A stretch of DNA of 64,000 bases from a virus. Taxonomy: Duplodnaviria; Caudoviricetes. The DNA lies in IMG/VR virus record IMGVR_UViG_3300028887_000104, positions 1 through 64,000 of that record, one strand, 5' to 3'. A program made the position numbers and the translations under genes. Positions 63,651 to 64,000 of this stretch are shown piece after piece; position 1 is the first letter of the stretch, and the number at the start of each line of letters is the position of its first letter. A model generated the notes under the pieces. The model ran no database searches, was not told where the DNA came from, and saw only the letters and a list, made by a program, of their open reading frames with translations.

Positions 63651-64000
63651 GCCTGCCGCAGGCTTGCCTTACCGTACCGCGCCTTTCCTTTCCAGGGCGC
63701 ACCATGCATTGCCAGAACGCACCTTGCCTCGCCTGCCGAACCGAACCTTGCATTTCCATAACAGAACAAACCCTATCGAACCAAACCACACATCGCCATG
63801 CCTGCCATACCATTCCTCACGCCTGCCAAACCATGCCGGACCGCGCCAGACACGGCCTTGACATAACTTGCCTGCCATACCTTACAAAACGTTGTCTTGA
63901 CATATCGAACACCGACTCAACATGCATCAACATGCCTTGCCTGCCTTGCCTTGACGCGCCAAGACTAAACGCAACATGCCGTATCCCAACTCGCCTCGCC
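63651..64000 (-). repeat. 5-nt-periodic (G/T)(G/T)Y-NN array punctuated by GGCAGGC
   Basis: Delimiters at 63651, 63731, 63800, 63821, 63870, 63939; array runs off the window edge. Confidence 0.9.

Overview
The window is 64 kb of a large tailed (siphovirus-like) phage or prophage of a Firmicutes/Clostridia-type host. No host genes or attachment sites are visible. Left arm (+): DNA-modification genes (HNH-interrupted, dual-frame C5 methyltransferase, DUF4417, radical SAM, Mom-like XF1762), small mosaic ORFs, a DUF927 replication ATPase with an iteron origin, three glycosyltransferase genes and terS. A divergent switch with a leftward operon (GP88-like, mini-FtsK) lies between terS and terL. A standard head-tail operon follows, but a TagF-like glycerophosphotransferase and a glycosyltransferase sit between the decoration and capsid genes. 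Downstream of the tail fibre is the most striking element: 13 copies of a 16-bp site (N6-WAWA-TGGTCA) cut about 3.6 kb into single-gene or single-RNA cassettes beside a tyrosine recombinase, and one site lies in frame inside the tail-fibre gene. The same region holds a possible DGR relic and anticodon-less tRNA-like RNAs. Next come lysis genes, a leftward replication/recombination arm and a 5-nt-periodic repeat array at the right edge. All calls come from reading motifs by eye; no searches were run and repeat counts are manual.
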